A stretch of 64,000 nucleotides of DNA from an uncultured virus (IMG/VR IMGVR_UViG_3300005521_000001) (IMGVR_UViG_3300005521_000001), one strand, 5' to 3'; counted from the stretch's first letter, positions 39,458-49,365 are shown. Made by a program: numbers and translations. Notes: generated by a model not told the origin, from the sequence alone.

Positions 39458-39688
39458 TTAATATCCCCATGACATATTTCTTAGTGCAACTGCAACATGC
39501 CCATTCCACATTGATGTGTTTGCTACAACATAATTATTGGCTTTGGTTGCACTTGTTCCGCATGAAATCATAGCGTTAATGGCATTTGTTTTAGCGTGCC
39601 ATCTGTTGCCGTAAGGTGTTGTCATTGTGTTTATGTATGCGTGAAACCCTGCAATTCGGGCTTTATGGCTTGGTCTTGTTCCGTTCAT
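39458..39688 (-). CDS. small hypothetical protein
   Basis: Class I-like motif at 39706. Confidence 0.65.
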   Translation of the reverse strand: MNGTRPSHKARIAGFHAYINTMTTPYGNRWHAKTNAINAMISCGTSATKANNYVVANTSMWNGHVAVALRNMSWGY

Positions 39689-39729
39689 GATTAGCGATTA
39701 GGCCACTACTATATAATTATATCGCCTAT

Positions 39730-41022
39730 TTAACCAAAAGATAGGTTGAAAAATCGTTTTGTTGGTGCTACCGCCTTGTAATTATTGACCGTGATAGTTC
39801 CAAGCGTCTTAGATGGATATGTGTTATTATGTGCTTTTTGATACAAAGACCCTTCTCCACCGAATACAGACGGGGCATTAGGCCAGTCATTGACATAACT
39901 AATCATCATTGGCACATTATCAGCCCATGATGTTATTTGCTTTTCTAAATTACCTATAATTGAGTTTGCGGTTGTTTTGATACCAACGCTTGGTTGTAAA
40001 TTTGAACCTGCCAAATAAGCAGGTCGCATAAACATACCATTGGGCGTAGCCACTGAAAATGCTCTCTGTCCGTGTATTGCATCTGTTGTATCATCCCATG
40101 TGTAGGCTTGTTTGACCGTTCTTGTATATTGATTTAAATTATTGAGTAAAGTGCCTCCATAAATCTCATCAATTGATATTTTGGCAAATATATTTGGTGC
40201 GCTTACAAAATCTATGATGTTAGGATTCCCCCCAAGTCTCAACATACACCCTATCCTATTATTTGTAATAGCCCCAACTGACGACCTTACGGTGTGTATT
40301 GCATCAAGACCGATAACTTGAGAGTCTGGTATAAATGGCAAGCCATTGTTGAACCAAAGGGCAGGGTCAATGGTTGCGTTCCTACAAAAAACAAAATGAT
40401 TAAGTTTAGCAAATCCCAAATATGAAGCCAATGAAGGATTAAGGGTTGATGGTGCGGTGACACCTATCCAATAGTGAGAACCCGATGAGTATAAAGTGTC
40501 AGCAGGTGCGAACCATGCGTTTGACGGGTTTTGATTATCAAGCCATATGCTTACCTTTTCAACACCTGAAATCACATCATACTTGACCGTTATGTTATGC
40601 CATCTATTCAATAACAATGATGGTATGGTTGTAAAAGATGATAGAGTAATACTTGGAAATGTGCCAGTCAATACCTGTAATTGAGCATGTGTCACACCCG
40701 CCACATCAATTAGATTAACATTGAGTCTTGCATTTAATACCGATGCGTGACCATTAACGCACATTATCCCTACTTGGCCTCCTGACCCTGCATAATTTAC
40801 CACATCATCAGTTATTTTAATCCAAAAAGAAAAACCACCCAAATATCCGGCCGCCACATCAACTGGCACTAAAGAACTACTATCAATTGGTGTAAAAAAA
40901 TCATTGCCCGTTGTCCACCATTCAAGTGATAAATTATTGAACGGGTCAGTTATCCGTGACGGTTGAGGGGTATTTGAAAGCGTGTCATAAGCGGTTAAAG
41001 CCTTCAAATTCCTTCGCCCCAT
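39730..41022 (-). CDS. LamG/concanavalin-like lectin-domain virion protein
   Basis: FSFWIK..NRWHNITVKYD..SIWLDN..WIG pattern; class II-like promoter. Confidence 0.65.
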   Translation of the reverse strand: MGRRNLKALTAYDTLSNTPQPSRITDPFNNLSLEWWTTGNDFFTPIDSSSLVPVDVAAGYLGGFSFWIKITDDVVNYAGSGGQVGIMCVNGHASVLNARLNVNLIDVAGVTHAQLQVLTGTFPSITLSSFTTIPSLLLNRWHNITVKYDVISGVEKVSIWLDNQNPSNAWFAPADTLYSSGSHYWIGVTAPSTLNPSLASYLGFAKLNHFVFCRNATIDPALWFNNGLPFIPDSQVIGLDAIHTVRSSVGAITNNRIGCMLRLGGNPNIIDFVSAPNIFAKISIDEIYGGTLLNNLNQYTRTVKQAYTWDDTTDAIHGQRAFSVATPNGMFMRPAYLAGSNLQPSVGIKTTANSIIGNLEKQITSWADNVPMMISYVNDWPNAPSVFGGEGSLYQKAHNNTYPSKTLGTITVNNYKAVAPTKRFFNLSFG

Positions 41023-41047
41023 AGATGATGGTTATGCGATACGGATA

Positions 41048-41395
41048 TTAACTAACTCTGTAATTTGATAATGTGAGGCTTTTCTTTAATGGGGTAGGTG
41101 TGCTACCTCCGGTGGCGGTTAAGGAAATGTCCTCGCTTATTTTCAATGGACTTTCGATTCTCTTTCTGTGACCAAAACTCCAACCACAGGGCTTCCCATC
41201 CTTATGATACACAATACAATACTTGCTAACTGGGTATTCCTCCCCGTCTTGCACCTTCATGCGTCTATATCCTTGTTTCTTGACCTTACCAACACATACT
41301 GCTGAATCATAATTATATTCTCTATCCTTTGATGATGAAACACTCGGATTGACCATTCTCAAAGCCCCTCCACAGTTAGGACAAGGCATACTCAA
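41048..41395 (-). CDS. zinc-ribbon protein (CPNCG)
   Basis: N-terminal CPNCGG and further cysteines. Confidence 0.65.
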   Translation of the reverse strand: MSMPCPNCGGALRMVNPSVSSSKDREYNYDSAVCVGKVKKQGYRRMKVQDGEEYPVSKYCIVYHKDGKPCGWSFGHRKRIESPLKISEDISLTATGGSTPTPLKKSLTLSNYRVS

Positions 41396-41613
41396 ACCTC
41401 CTTGTCAGGGTGACTCTTGGGTAGGTTCTTACGCCTTGTTGAGGCCATTTTGTCAAGGTGCTTTACTAAGTTTTCAGCCGCAGTATCAAACCGCTTCTTA
41501 GAATGCACATCAACTACCATTTGAGCATAAAGTGCGCTCAAATCTATGTTCTGTGTTATGTGTTCTATTATCTCATACTCGGCATGTTTCACACTACCCG
41601 CTCTCATACTCAT
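41392..41613 (-). CDS. small hypothetical protein
   Basis: Class I motif at 41633. Confidence 0.7.
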   Translation of the reverse strand: MSMRAGSVKHAEYEIIEHITQNIDLSALYAQMVVDVHSKKRFDTAAENLVKHLDKMASTRRKNLPKSHPDKEV

Positions 41614-41644
41614 GAGAGGGTCTTGTATAACCCACCTATATTAG

Positions 41645-41726
41645 GGGTAAGAGATTCGTAGGCCGATTCTAACGGCTCTTTTGCATAAGGTATTGCTCGT
41701 TTGGTGGCGAGTAATCCTGTCCTCTC
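41645..41726 (-). ncRNA. candidate small ncRNA D (about 80 nt) with a T-loop-like hairpin
   Basis: Class I promoter at 41745 with no usable ORF; hairpin GCCG-UUAGAAU-CGGC. Confidence 0.4.
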
Positions 41727-41757
41727 AAACCATCCTACGGGTCACGCCTATATAAAC

Positions 41758-41889
41758 CTATCGTCTATAATGTTCATTAGAAGTGATTAACCCCTGACGA
41801 TATTCTTCAAGTGCTTCACGCATACATGCCTTGCATTTGAGTTTGCCTTCAAACTGCGGATTGTGAACCAAAGGGCGAATGCACTTCAT
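41758..41889 (-). CDS. 43-aa Cys/His microprotein
   Basis: Translated by hand as MKCIRPLVHNPQFEGKLKCKACMRE..; TAATG-coupled to the HNH gene. Confidence 0.55.
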   Translation of the reverse strand: MKCIRPLVHNPQFEGKLKCKACMREALEEYRQGLITSNEHYRR

Positions 41890-42371
41890 TACTCTTCCTC
41901 TTTCAGTTCTCTTAGTTTAGCATCCATGTATTGTTTGCGCTGATGCCGTTTTCTTTTCTTTCTTTCACGGCGGGTTGCATCAACCCTACCTTCGACCTTC
42001 TCATTGTTTTTTATACCCGCCTTATGTTCTTTGTAATGTCTTATACGATGACAATTAGAACATATTAGTTCACATTTAGCAATCTCTTTCTCTATTTTCT
42101 TCCATGAGTAGCCGTTGCCAACAAGGAATGATATTGATGCAAGTTTATCCTTGTGGTTGATGTGGTGATAATCTAACGCCCATGTTGCTATGTCGCCCGA
42201 TAACCCACACTCGACGCATTGACCCTGCGCCTTTATCATCTGGAGTTTTTCTCTAACTTGCTTTCTTCTAAGTCTAACCTGCGCTCGCCTTTTATCAGCA
42301 TTACTTTGATACCATTTTTTATGATAATTGCGCTGATATTCCCTGCGCTTGTCAGGGTCTTTAAAGGGCAT
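41889..42371 (-). CDS. HNH endonuclease
   Basis: CVECG..LDYHH..EIAKCELICSNCHRIRH. Confidence 0.85.
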   Translation of the reverse strand: MPFKDPDKRREYQRNYHKKWYQSNADKRRAQVRLRRKQVREKLQMIKAQGQCVECGLSGDIATWALDYHHINHKDKLASISFLVGNGYSWKKIEKEIAKCELICSNCHRIRHYKEHKAGIKNNEKVEGRVDATRRERKKRKRHQRKQYMDAKLRELKEEE

Positions 42372-42382
42372 TAAAGCCCGCC

Positions 42383-42676
42383 TCAAGCATCAGCAAGTTT
42401 CGTCATTATGAGTCTTGGTTGGCCTTCGGAGTTTAACTTTTGTTGGAAGTGTTTAATTTCCTCATCTGTTGGTTCACGGCACTTGTAAAATCCAAAAGCC
42501 AGTTTGATGTATTCTTCGGTAGGAGTTCCATAATCAAGAGGCGAAGGGCAAGGATTCAAAGGGGTTTTAGCCTCTGTTTTCTTAGCCTTTGGTGCTTCGA
42601 CAACTTTTTCTTCAACTTTTTCTTCGACAACTTTAGCGTCGGCCTTCTTTTCAGCCTTCTCTGTTTTCTTAGCCAT
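42383..42676 (-). CDS. small K/E-rich putative virion protein
   Basis: Class II promoter; C-terminal REPTDEEIKHF helical domain. Confidence 0.6.
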   Translation of the reverse strand: MAKKTEKAEKKADAKVVEEKVEEKVVEAPKAKKTEAKTPLNPCPSPLDYGTPTEEYIKLAFGFYKCREPTDEEIKHFQQKLNSEGQPRLIMTKLADA

Positions 42677-42721
42677 GTATGTTCCAAACCCATGTTTAGT
42701 TATTAAGCAAATCGGTTCATA

Positions 42722-43243
42722 TCAAGCATTATCCCATTGAATAGTTAATTCAATGTCAATGCGAGAGCCACCGATTGTATTCCCTTTGAAGCCTTCACCA
42801 AAAAAACCCTCTTTATCTTGCACGCCGATTGGTTCAGTAGTATTTTGAATACTTGATATTTTAATGAATTTATATCCATAACTGCCCCATTCTGGATTAT
42901 CCGTTCCATTGTTTGCATTGACAAGCAGTTCTCCCCTTATTACTTTCAATAACCTCCACATTGTATCGTCATCAGGGGCAAGAATATGAACTAAGATATA
43001 TGCATTGCTTGTAGTGTCGGTGTATGTTGCACTTGGGTTCATTGTGACGCTTTGTGTATCTTCGTAAAGATTAGTTAAAACAATCTGTGGCACTTTTTGG
43101 TTTTTCATTGAGAACCAACTATCAGTTTTTATGGTGATAGCAGGTAGTCCGGCCGCAGTTAATTTGGATGCAAGCGTCGTATCTAAGATTGTTTTTACAA
43201 ACGCCTTTGGAGAAAGAGTCGGTTCATTGTTAGTGACTGGCAC
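42722..43243 (-). CDS. putative tail terminator/completion protein
   Basis: Follows the adaptor gene and contains PQIVLT..ILVHILA..IDIELTIQW. Start is GTG 43243 or ATG 43258. Confidence 0.55.
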   Translation of the reverse strand: MPVTNNEPTLSPKAFVKTILDTTLASKLTAAGLPAITIKTDSWFSMKNQKVPQIVLTNLYEDTQSVTMNPSATYTDTTSNAYILVHILAPDDDTMWRLLKVIRGELLVNANNGTDNPEWGSYGYKFIKISSIQNTTEPIGVQDKEGFFGEGFKGNTIGGSRIDIELTIQWDNA

Positions 43244-43244
43244 A

Positions 43245-43874
43245 TCATGCACCACCATTGCCAAAGACTGATACGGCCATAAAAGAATTAGACTTGACCT
43301 TTTCCAAGTATTCTTTGTATTCTTTCTCCGTTGAGTCAAGTAATGGTCGCCAAAATTGCTTTATTCTTTCAGCACTATTCTCATCATTTAGGCTTGCTCT
43401 CGCCGCTTGGCGGATAACTAATAAAATCGTCGCCATCTTAGCCTCTATTGGGGCTGATGCAATTCCTGATGTATAACTTATTTTGAATAAGTTAATTGCA
43501 TCCAAACCTACACGGTTATGAAACCTAATAATCCCTGCTTGGGAATCATCCAACCACCAGTCATCTGTGCCATCTCTTTTTCTTCCTTCTTCAAGAACAG
43601 TAGTCGAACCATCCGATTTAGTTTCTTCAACAGAAGTTATTGATGCAATCGGCTTATTTTTCAAAGCAATATGAGTCATTCTATATGTGCTATCATGATA
43701 TTCGATATGTGAAATAGTTCCGGCTAATTGCCGACCTGCATACATATCAACAAGTCTGGATGCATTGGTTATCATTGTAGCCAATTCAGCATCGGTTGGT
43801 CCGATGTTATTACCATCAATTAGACCCGAATATGTTCTAACTTCGGCCACTGTGCAGTAATCAATTGCGCTCAT
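43245..43874 (-). CDS. head-tail adaptor (gp6/gp15-like)
   Basis: YCTVAEVR..ITNASRLVDMYAGR..ISYTSG..PIEAKMATILLV, located after the capsid gene. Confidence 0.82.
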   Translation of the reverse strand: MSAIDYCTVAEVRTYSGLIDGNNIGPTDAELATMITNASRLVDMYAGRQLAGTISHIEYHDSTYRMTHIALKNKPIASITSVEETKSDGSTTVLEEGRKRDGTDDWWLDDSQAGIIRFHNRVGLDAINLFKISYTSGIASAPIEAKMATILLVIRQAARASLNDENSAERIKQFWRPLLDSTEKEYKEYLEKVKSNSFMAVSVFGNGGA

Positions 43875-43909
43875 AACATATCCCTTGTCAAGATGGGCTT
43901 TAACGGTTG

Positions 43910-43941
43910 AGCCTTTGCCCCCGCTTTTAGGGGCTATGGCT
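43910..43941 (-). terminator. hairpin downstream of the major capsid gene
   Basis: AGCC..GCCCC / GGGGC..GGCT inverted repeat. Confidence 0.35.
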
Positions 43942-43978
43942 TACGCTATCGCCTTTGTTAAAAGGTTATTAATCAGCC

Positions 43979-45103
43979 TCAAAGAGTGCTTAGACCGTGT
44001 ATGGTGCATATTGCTTCATCATAGCGAACTGCGAAGGCAACATCTTGCTTAGGAATAAGCACGAATCTGTCTTTTGTTGGTTCGTCATGGAAGCCAATGC
44101 TAAATCTTCGCTCGGAGACTGTTGGGTTTCCGATTAGTGGAGAGCGGATATTGCATAAAAGAGCAATAGTGCAGTTTCTTACAGAGTTAGAAACGGTTGT
44201 TAGAGCAAATTTACCTGTGTGGTTCATGTTGGTTGGAATAACGCCAGTAGCAAAAACTCTGACACCATAGATTCGACCAAGTTCACCGGAGAGGATAGTA
44301 GCACCTGCACCGTATTTATCAACAGTTTGTAATTCAGTTAGACCAAGTAATTGAACTTCAAGATTTCTTGGAACAATCATAGCCAATTCATCTCTGTTGT
44401 CAGAATAAACACCGAGTTTAGCGATAGCACTTCTCATGTGAGCAAGTGTAAAGGCTGAACCTGCATTTGATACGGTTGCATCCACTGTGACTCCGAGCCT
44501 TGTTCCGGCAGTAGCACCTGCACCGATACAAGCAGTTCTTAGACCATCAAACAATAGAAGGTAATCATTTACAGTTCCGCTAACACCAGTTAGGTTCAAC
44601 TGTGCGCCTGTTGCTTGATATTCACCGTTAATGTTGTCTTGGTATGAAGATGAAACAGTAGTGTCGCCGTTAATAAACAAAGATTGTTCGTTAGTAGCCA
44701 ATTGTGAAGCAATGTCATCTCTTAGAACTGCAAGCAATCCTTCGACACCGTATGCAATCAGATAATTACCGATTGGTATGTTAGCAATCATTGTCTTAAG
44801 TTCCAACTCAACTTCGTCAGTAGCGTTTCGGCTCTCCCCTGCGGCAGTTCCGGCTTCGGCCATTGTCAAAGTTTGTTGGTGGAATGATACACTACCTGTC
44901 AATTTTGGAATCTTCATGATTCTTCTTGACATTGGCATAGCAGGGAAAAGACTTCTCATGAAGTTCCTCTCATATACTATTCCGATTATCTCTTCCGCAG
45001 TTTCAGTAGGAAGCATTGTTGCACCTGTGGTTGCTGCCGCACCCGCTAACGCCGCTTTTACTTTTTCAGTCATCTCATTAAAGTTCATTTCTTCGCTTGT
45101 CAT
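43979..45103 (-). CDS. major capsid protein (HK97 fold)
   Basis: LPTETAEEII, MKIPKLTG, EVELELK, FINGD, GELGRIYGVRV and RYDEAI; follows the protease/scaffold gene. Confidence 0.93.
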   Translation of the reverse strand: MTSEEMNFNEMTEKVKAALAGAAATTGATMLPTETAEEIIGIVYERNFMRSLFPAMPMSRRIMKIPKLTGSVSFHQQTLTMAEAGTAAGESRNATDEVELELKTMIANIPIGNYLIAYGVEGLLAVLRDDIASQLATNEQSLFINGDTTVSSSYQDNINGEYQATGAQLNLTGVSGTVNDYLLLFDGLRTACIGAGATAGTRLGVTVDATVSNAGSAFTLAHMRSAIAKLGVYSDNRDELAMIVPRNLEVQLLGLTELQTVDKYGAGATILSGELGRIYGVRVFATGVIPTNMNHTGKFALTTVSNSVRNCTIALLCNIRSPLIGNPTVSERRFSIGFHDEPTKDRFVLIPKQDVAFAVRYDEAICTIHGLSTL

Positions 45104-45124
45104 ATTATATCCCTTTCTCTATTT

Positions 45125-45133
45125 GGTTATTAA
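45125..45133 (-). promoter_or_regulatory. representative class II (virion-gene) promoter, upstream of the capsid gene
   Basis: TTAATAACC starting 30 nt before ATG 45103. Confidence 0.7.
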
Positions 45134-45146
45134 GTATATCCTACTT

Positions 45147-46748
45147 TCAGAGTCCTCTGCTCTCAATCCTCTCGGATAGCCAAGAGCCGAGTCCGACCAT
45201 ACCTTTGCTTACATTTGGTTGTGGGTCAAACTTGGTCACGCCAGAGTTCTTTTCAGTAGGAGTTATGTCAGCCGATAGGCTTTTTCTGTCGGCTTTAGGA
45301 GCGGGTATATCAAATCCCACTTCCGCCATTTTTTCTGTTAGTCTCTTGCTAACTTCCGCTTCAATTTTCGCTTCGGTTTCAGCAATTTCCATCTTTTCAT
45401 TTAAAGAAGTAATAATTTCTTCTTTTTCAGTAAGTGTAGTTTTTAGTGATTCTGTTTCATCGAGTTTTTCAGTCAGGGCGTTGATTGAATTTTGCATACT
45501 TAGAATAGTTTTTACGACTTCTTCTAATACCGATTCATCGGACATTGTTTTTTCTTCAACAACTTCTTCTTCAACAACTTCTTCTTCCTCGACAAGTTCT
45601 TCCTCAAGAACTTCTTCCTCGACTTCTTCTTCTTCGGTTGCTTCCTCAAGAACTTCCTCTTCCTCGGTTGCTTCTTCCTCGGTTGCTTCTTCCTCAACAA
45701 CTTCTTCTTCCTCAACAACTTCCTCTTCAACCTCTTCGGTTGCTTCTTCAACAAGTTCTTCGGTTGCTTCCTCGACCACTTCTTCCTCAAGAACCTCTTC
45801 GGTCTTTAGGGTAGTAGGTTCTTCGGTAGGAACAACAACATCTTCGGCTTTGATTTCAACATCTTCGATAATATCATCGGAGTTCTTCTCATCAGACATG
45901 TCACTTTCCTTCCCTATATGGGTATTAACTGTATCGGACTCGATAACTCCTTTAAGTAATTCTTTTAATGATTCAATTTCTTGGCGCAGTTCTTCCATTC
46001 CGTCTTCTGGAACTGGCATTTCTTCGGTTTTCTCAAACTCAACAATATATGCATCTTCCGTTTCTTCAATTGCCAAAATGTGTTTTTGTTCTCCTTTACA
46101 AGAACAATCACTGTGGGAATTTGCACCTGTGTAAGAAACCAAAGATTTCTCCACATCAAAAAGGGCATTGGGTGAAGCGGGAATATCAACAACGCTTGTT
46201 TCTATCCATTCAATATCAGTGAATCGAACATAACAAGCATCATCATCTTTGTCATTAGGACATTCCTTTACTGCCGCTTTTGCTATGAAACCAATAGAGA
46301 AAGACCTAAGCATTCCTTTTCGTATCTTTCTAACAATGTCTTGTTCTCCACCGTCTATTCTTGCTCGACCCATGACTGTTTTAATTTTCCTGTCATCATC
46401 TTCATAGACTCCCATTTCAACATCTTCCATAACTCCAATTACCCCGTAGTCTTTTCTATGGTTGTATAGAATAACTGGGTTTTTTGCATAAGAGTTCCAT
46501 GAATCTAAAATTGCTTTTGGTTCGACCATTTCTTTGTGTCGGTCAAGCATTGCTTCATCTCCGACATAAACCGGACCATAGACTACTACATCATTGTCGG
46601 CTTTTTGATATTCGTCACCATCAAAGGACTTATCAATTTTGAAAGGAACTATCATTCGGTATTCAAAAACCGCTTCTTCCTGTTTGCCTTTAATTGCATC
46701 GAACAAATTGTTATCATCAAGGAAAACTGCATTGTTAAAATCAACCAT
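45147..46748 (-). CDS. prohead protease fused to an acidic scaffold domain
   Basis: DRHKEMV, NPVILYNH, LRSFSIGF and ETSVVDIPASPNALF, followed by E-rich repeats and a coiled coil. Confidence 0.9.
   Translation of the reverse strand: MVDFNNAVFLDDNNLFDAIKGKQEEAVFEYRMIVPFKIDKSFDGDEYQKADNDVVVYGPVYVGDEAMLDRHKEMVEPKAILDSWNSYAKNPVILYNHRKDYGVIGVMEDVEMGVYEDDDRKIKTVMGRARIDGGEQDIVRKIRKGMLRSFSIGFIAKAAVKECPNDKDDDACYVRFTDIEWIETSVVDIPASPNALFDVEKSLVSYTGANSHSDCSCKGEQKHILAIEETEDAYIVEFEKTEEMPVPEDGMEELRQEIESLKELLKGVIESDTVNTHIGKESDMSDEKNSDDIIEDVEIKAEDVVVPTEEPTTLKTEEVLEEEVVEEATEELVEEATEEVEEEVVEEEEVVEEEATEEEATEEEEVLEEATEEEEVEEEVLEEELVEEEEVVEEEVVEEKTMSDESVLEEVVKTILSMQNSINALTEKLDETESLKTTLTEKEEIITSLNEKMEIAETEAKIEAEVSKRLTEKMAEVGFDIPAPKADRKSLSADITPTEKNSGVTKFDPQPNVSKGMVGLGSWLSERIESRGL
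45545..45800 (-). repeat. imperfect tandem repeats encoding EEATE/EEEVV/EEVL units
   Basis: Repeated CTTCTTCCTC / CGGTTGCTTC units within the scaffold. Confidence 0.8.
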
Positions 46749-46772
46749 GACCTATTGACTACGATAAAGGGT

Positions 46773-47126
46773 TTAATACACTTCCTTTACAATATATTCT
46801 TCTGGAGTTTGGTTGAGAACTTTCAAATACTTGGCTTCCAACCATTCATTATCATAGTCAAACACCCAAGATGAGTGTTTTTTACTGGGTTGTCTTATAC
46901 AACTCCATCCCCAACGCTTGAGAAAATTTGGCACGCTCATTCTCCCCAAGTATTTATTTTGGGGTGTGGCCGAATTACCTACCGCTCTTGGTTTATTTGC
47001 TAAAATCGCATCAAGACACTCGATAGAAGCCCATCGTAGTTCAGGATTTGCCAATGCTTCTTTAGCGAGTAAATACGCACGGTGGTTAATCCAGTTTGGG
47101 AATTTGCTTAATTTATCTCTCGCCAT
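46773..47126 (-). CDS. hypothetical protein
   Basis: Class I motif at 47145; inserted in the head module. Confidence 0.7.
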   Translation of the reverse strand: MARDKLSKFPNWINHRAYLLAKEALANPELRWASIECLDAILANKPRAVGNSATPQNKYLGRMSVPNFLKRWGWSCIRQPSKKHSSWVFDYDNEWLEAKYLKVLNQTPEEYIVKEVY

Positions 47127-47164
47127 ATTACATCGGAAGAGATAACCCTATATAATAGTTTCGC

Positions 47165-47575
47165 CTATCGCATTCTCAATGGGAAAATTTGTCTAAATTT
47201 CTCATTGAATACTTCCTGTGGAACTGATTTCATTTTTTCTTTAGCCATTCTAACTGCGGGTCTAAGATATGGTTTTGGTGGCATTGGAGCATAAGATATT
47301 CTTCCAAACTCCACTACTGACGCATAGCCAACCCTTGAATTTCCAAATCTGACGGTGTAGCCTTTTCTTGATGGTGTTTTAACTGCCCTACCCGAAGCCT
47401 TCAATTTCCCTGTATCAACTGGAACTAATTGTTTCGCCTTTCTTAGAATAAAATTAGCAATCCTCTTAGATAATTCCTTGTTATACGATTCGGGCAAAGT
47501 GGCCGCCAACATTTGGAATTTAAGTCCTATTCTTGAAAATACTGCATGATTAACAGAGATGTTTGACATACTCAT
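47165..47575 (-). CDS. HK97 gp10-like neck/tail-completion protein
   Basis: AKQLVPVDTGKLKAS..YASVVEFG..MPPKPYLRPA. Confidence 0.88.
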   Translation of the reverse strand: MSMSNISVNHAVFSRIGLKFQMLAATLPESYNKELSKRIANFILRKAKQLVPVDTGKLKASGRAVKTPSRKGYTVRFGNSRVGYASVVEFGRISYAPMPPKPYLRPAVRMAKEKMKSVPQEVFNEKFRQIFPLRMR

Positions 47576-48951
47576 TCCTCTGTGTTATCTTCCTCTTCCT
47601 CTTGGACTTCCTCTTCCTCTTGTGATTGGTTGATTGTTAATTTAGGTGATAGGAAGAACGGGTCATCGGCTTCATTGAAGTCTAATGACTCAAGACCAAG
47701 CATTCGTCTTGATTCGTTTATACTAATTACCCCTTCTTGTCTTAAAGAAGCAATCGCCTGACCCTGCGCTCTTACCACTTCCGCCATTATTTTTTGCTTA
47801 GATGGTCTAATCGAATTGAAAGCAAACCTATAATCTTTAATACCCAAAAGTGGAAGTATCTTGTGATTGACCATACACTCAACTCTATATTGATATGCTT
47901 CAACAACATCATACCATGAATCTAATTGTGTTTCAGGATTTGACATTTTACCTGTTTGAACCCAACCCAGTTTCATTGGTGGTATTCCGAATACTGCACA
48001 TATCTCTTCTCTGTAATAATAAAGTAAATCTAAATGCTGACCATCTTTTATCGAGTCCAATAATCTAACAGTTTGAAACCCAGTTCCACCATTTACTGCT
48101 ACAAGACCAAAAGGGGATTTACCCCCGCTTAATTGTTGCTCAAGCATGGCAAGCATGGATTTCATTTCAGCATTAGAAACATCTCCAACATTAAGTATAG
48201 TCTTTGGTAATGTTCCAGTGAATGATTCGTTTATGTAATTGGATAGGTTTAGATGACCTGCTATTGTATTCATCAATGGAACAAGTGGTGAAGAACCATA
48301 TCCCCTACCTGCTTTGTATTTTGATATATGAATAACTTTACTCGATGTGAACCTACGGGTTTTTCGCTCTATGGTTTGTATGAACGCCATAGCAGGTGGT
48401 GCAGGTGTCCTATTGGCGGGAATAATCTTCATTGTTTCAGCAGGTATATTCCAAATCGAGACAAGATTTCCTCCGAAGTTCCAGTCCTCCCCATTCTTAC
48501 TTGACTTATCTTTAGTTCCATCTAATTCTAAATATGCATCTCCAAATAATGCCAAGTCAAAGATTAATGATTCAAGCCATTCGTCGCCGTTGTCGTCAGG
48601 GTTTGGTGTTTTGAAAAACTCTCTAAGTGTATTTAATTCAACAGAATTTCCTTGTTCAATACCTTCTTGTAAATCAAAACGATAGCCATTTCCTAAACAA
48701 TCATCAACAGTTCTCCTTAGAATAGCATTTACTACCTCATTTTGTAAACTTATTTGTTTAATTAATGTATAATCTATATTGGGTGTAGCACCACTTGTAG
48801 CATAACTGTGAGCGGAGGTTTGCATACCAATTTTTGTTAAAGATGCCAAATGTTTGTAATCCATCTCATCTTTATTTTCCATGTTAATGACCGTTGGTTC
48901 GATTTTATTTCTCTTGAATCTATCAAGAAAACGCCTACGCCTCTCCGCCAT
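47572..48951 (-). CDS. portal protein
   Basis: DLALFGDAYLE, VIHI..GYGSSPL, EEICAVFGIPPMKLG and GVISINESRRMLGL. Confidence 0.93.
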   Translation of the reverse strand: MAERRRRFLDRFKRNKIEPTVINMENKDEMDYKHLASLTKIGMQTSAHSYATSGATPNIDYTLIKQISLQNEVVNAILRRTVDDCLGNGYRFDLQEGIEQGNSVELNTLREFFKTPNPDDNGDEWLESLIFDLALFGDAYLELDGTKDKSSKNGEDWNFGGNLVSIWNIPAETMKIIPANRTPAPPAMAFIQTIERKTRRFTSSKVIHISKYKAGRGYGSSPLVPLMNTIAGHLNLSNYINESFTGTLPKTILNVGDVSNAEMKSMLAMLEQQLSGGKSPFGLVAVNGGTGFQTVRLLDSIKDGQHLDLLYYYREEICAVFGIPPMKLGWVQTGKMSNPETQLDSWYDVVEAYQYRVECMVNHKILPLLGIKDYRFAFNSIRPSKQKIMAEVVRAQGQAIASLRQEGVISINESRRMLGLESLDFNEADDPFFLSPKLTINQSQEEEEVQEEEEDNTEE

Positions 48952-48990
48952 GAACTATACTACATGCCTTTGGTTCTAAACCTTATCGGC

Positions 48991-49365
48991 CTATTTGCTC
49001 GTTTTTTGCTTCAATTCTTCCATCTCAACTTTCATCTCATGTTCATGTTGAGCCTTTGCTAAATCCATTTCATGCTCATGTTGAGCCTTTGCTCTTGCCA
49101 GTCTTGCTTCGGTTTCAGCAGGGATAGAATCAACTTCATTCTTTTGCTCCGTTTTCCAAAGTTCAAGAATACTATTCATGAACATTAAAGCCGGACCACT
49201 TATGAAACCTAATAAGATACCATACTCTTCAAGTCTATCTAATAGTGAGGGGTCATTTAATCCTCTCCAAATAATCAGACATGCGAACCCAACAAATGCC
49301 AGTATTGATGGAACACCAATAACCCACACTAACCTATCATTTTGACTTGCTTTATTATTGCTCAT
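48991..49365 (-). CDS. two-TM membrane protein, possibly involved in lysis or egress
   Basis: Two hydrophobic helices and a C-terminal AKAQHEHEM duplication. Start reassigned to 49365. Confidence 0.55.
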   Translation of the reverse strand: MSNNKASQNDRLVWVIGVPSILAFVGFACLIIWRGLNDPSLLDRLEEYGILLGFISGPALMFMNSILELWKTEQKNEVDSIPAETEARLARAKAQHEHEMDLAKAQHEHEMKVEMEELKQKTSK

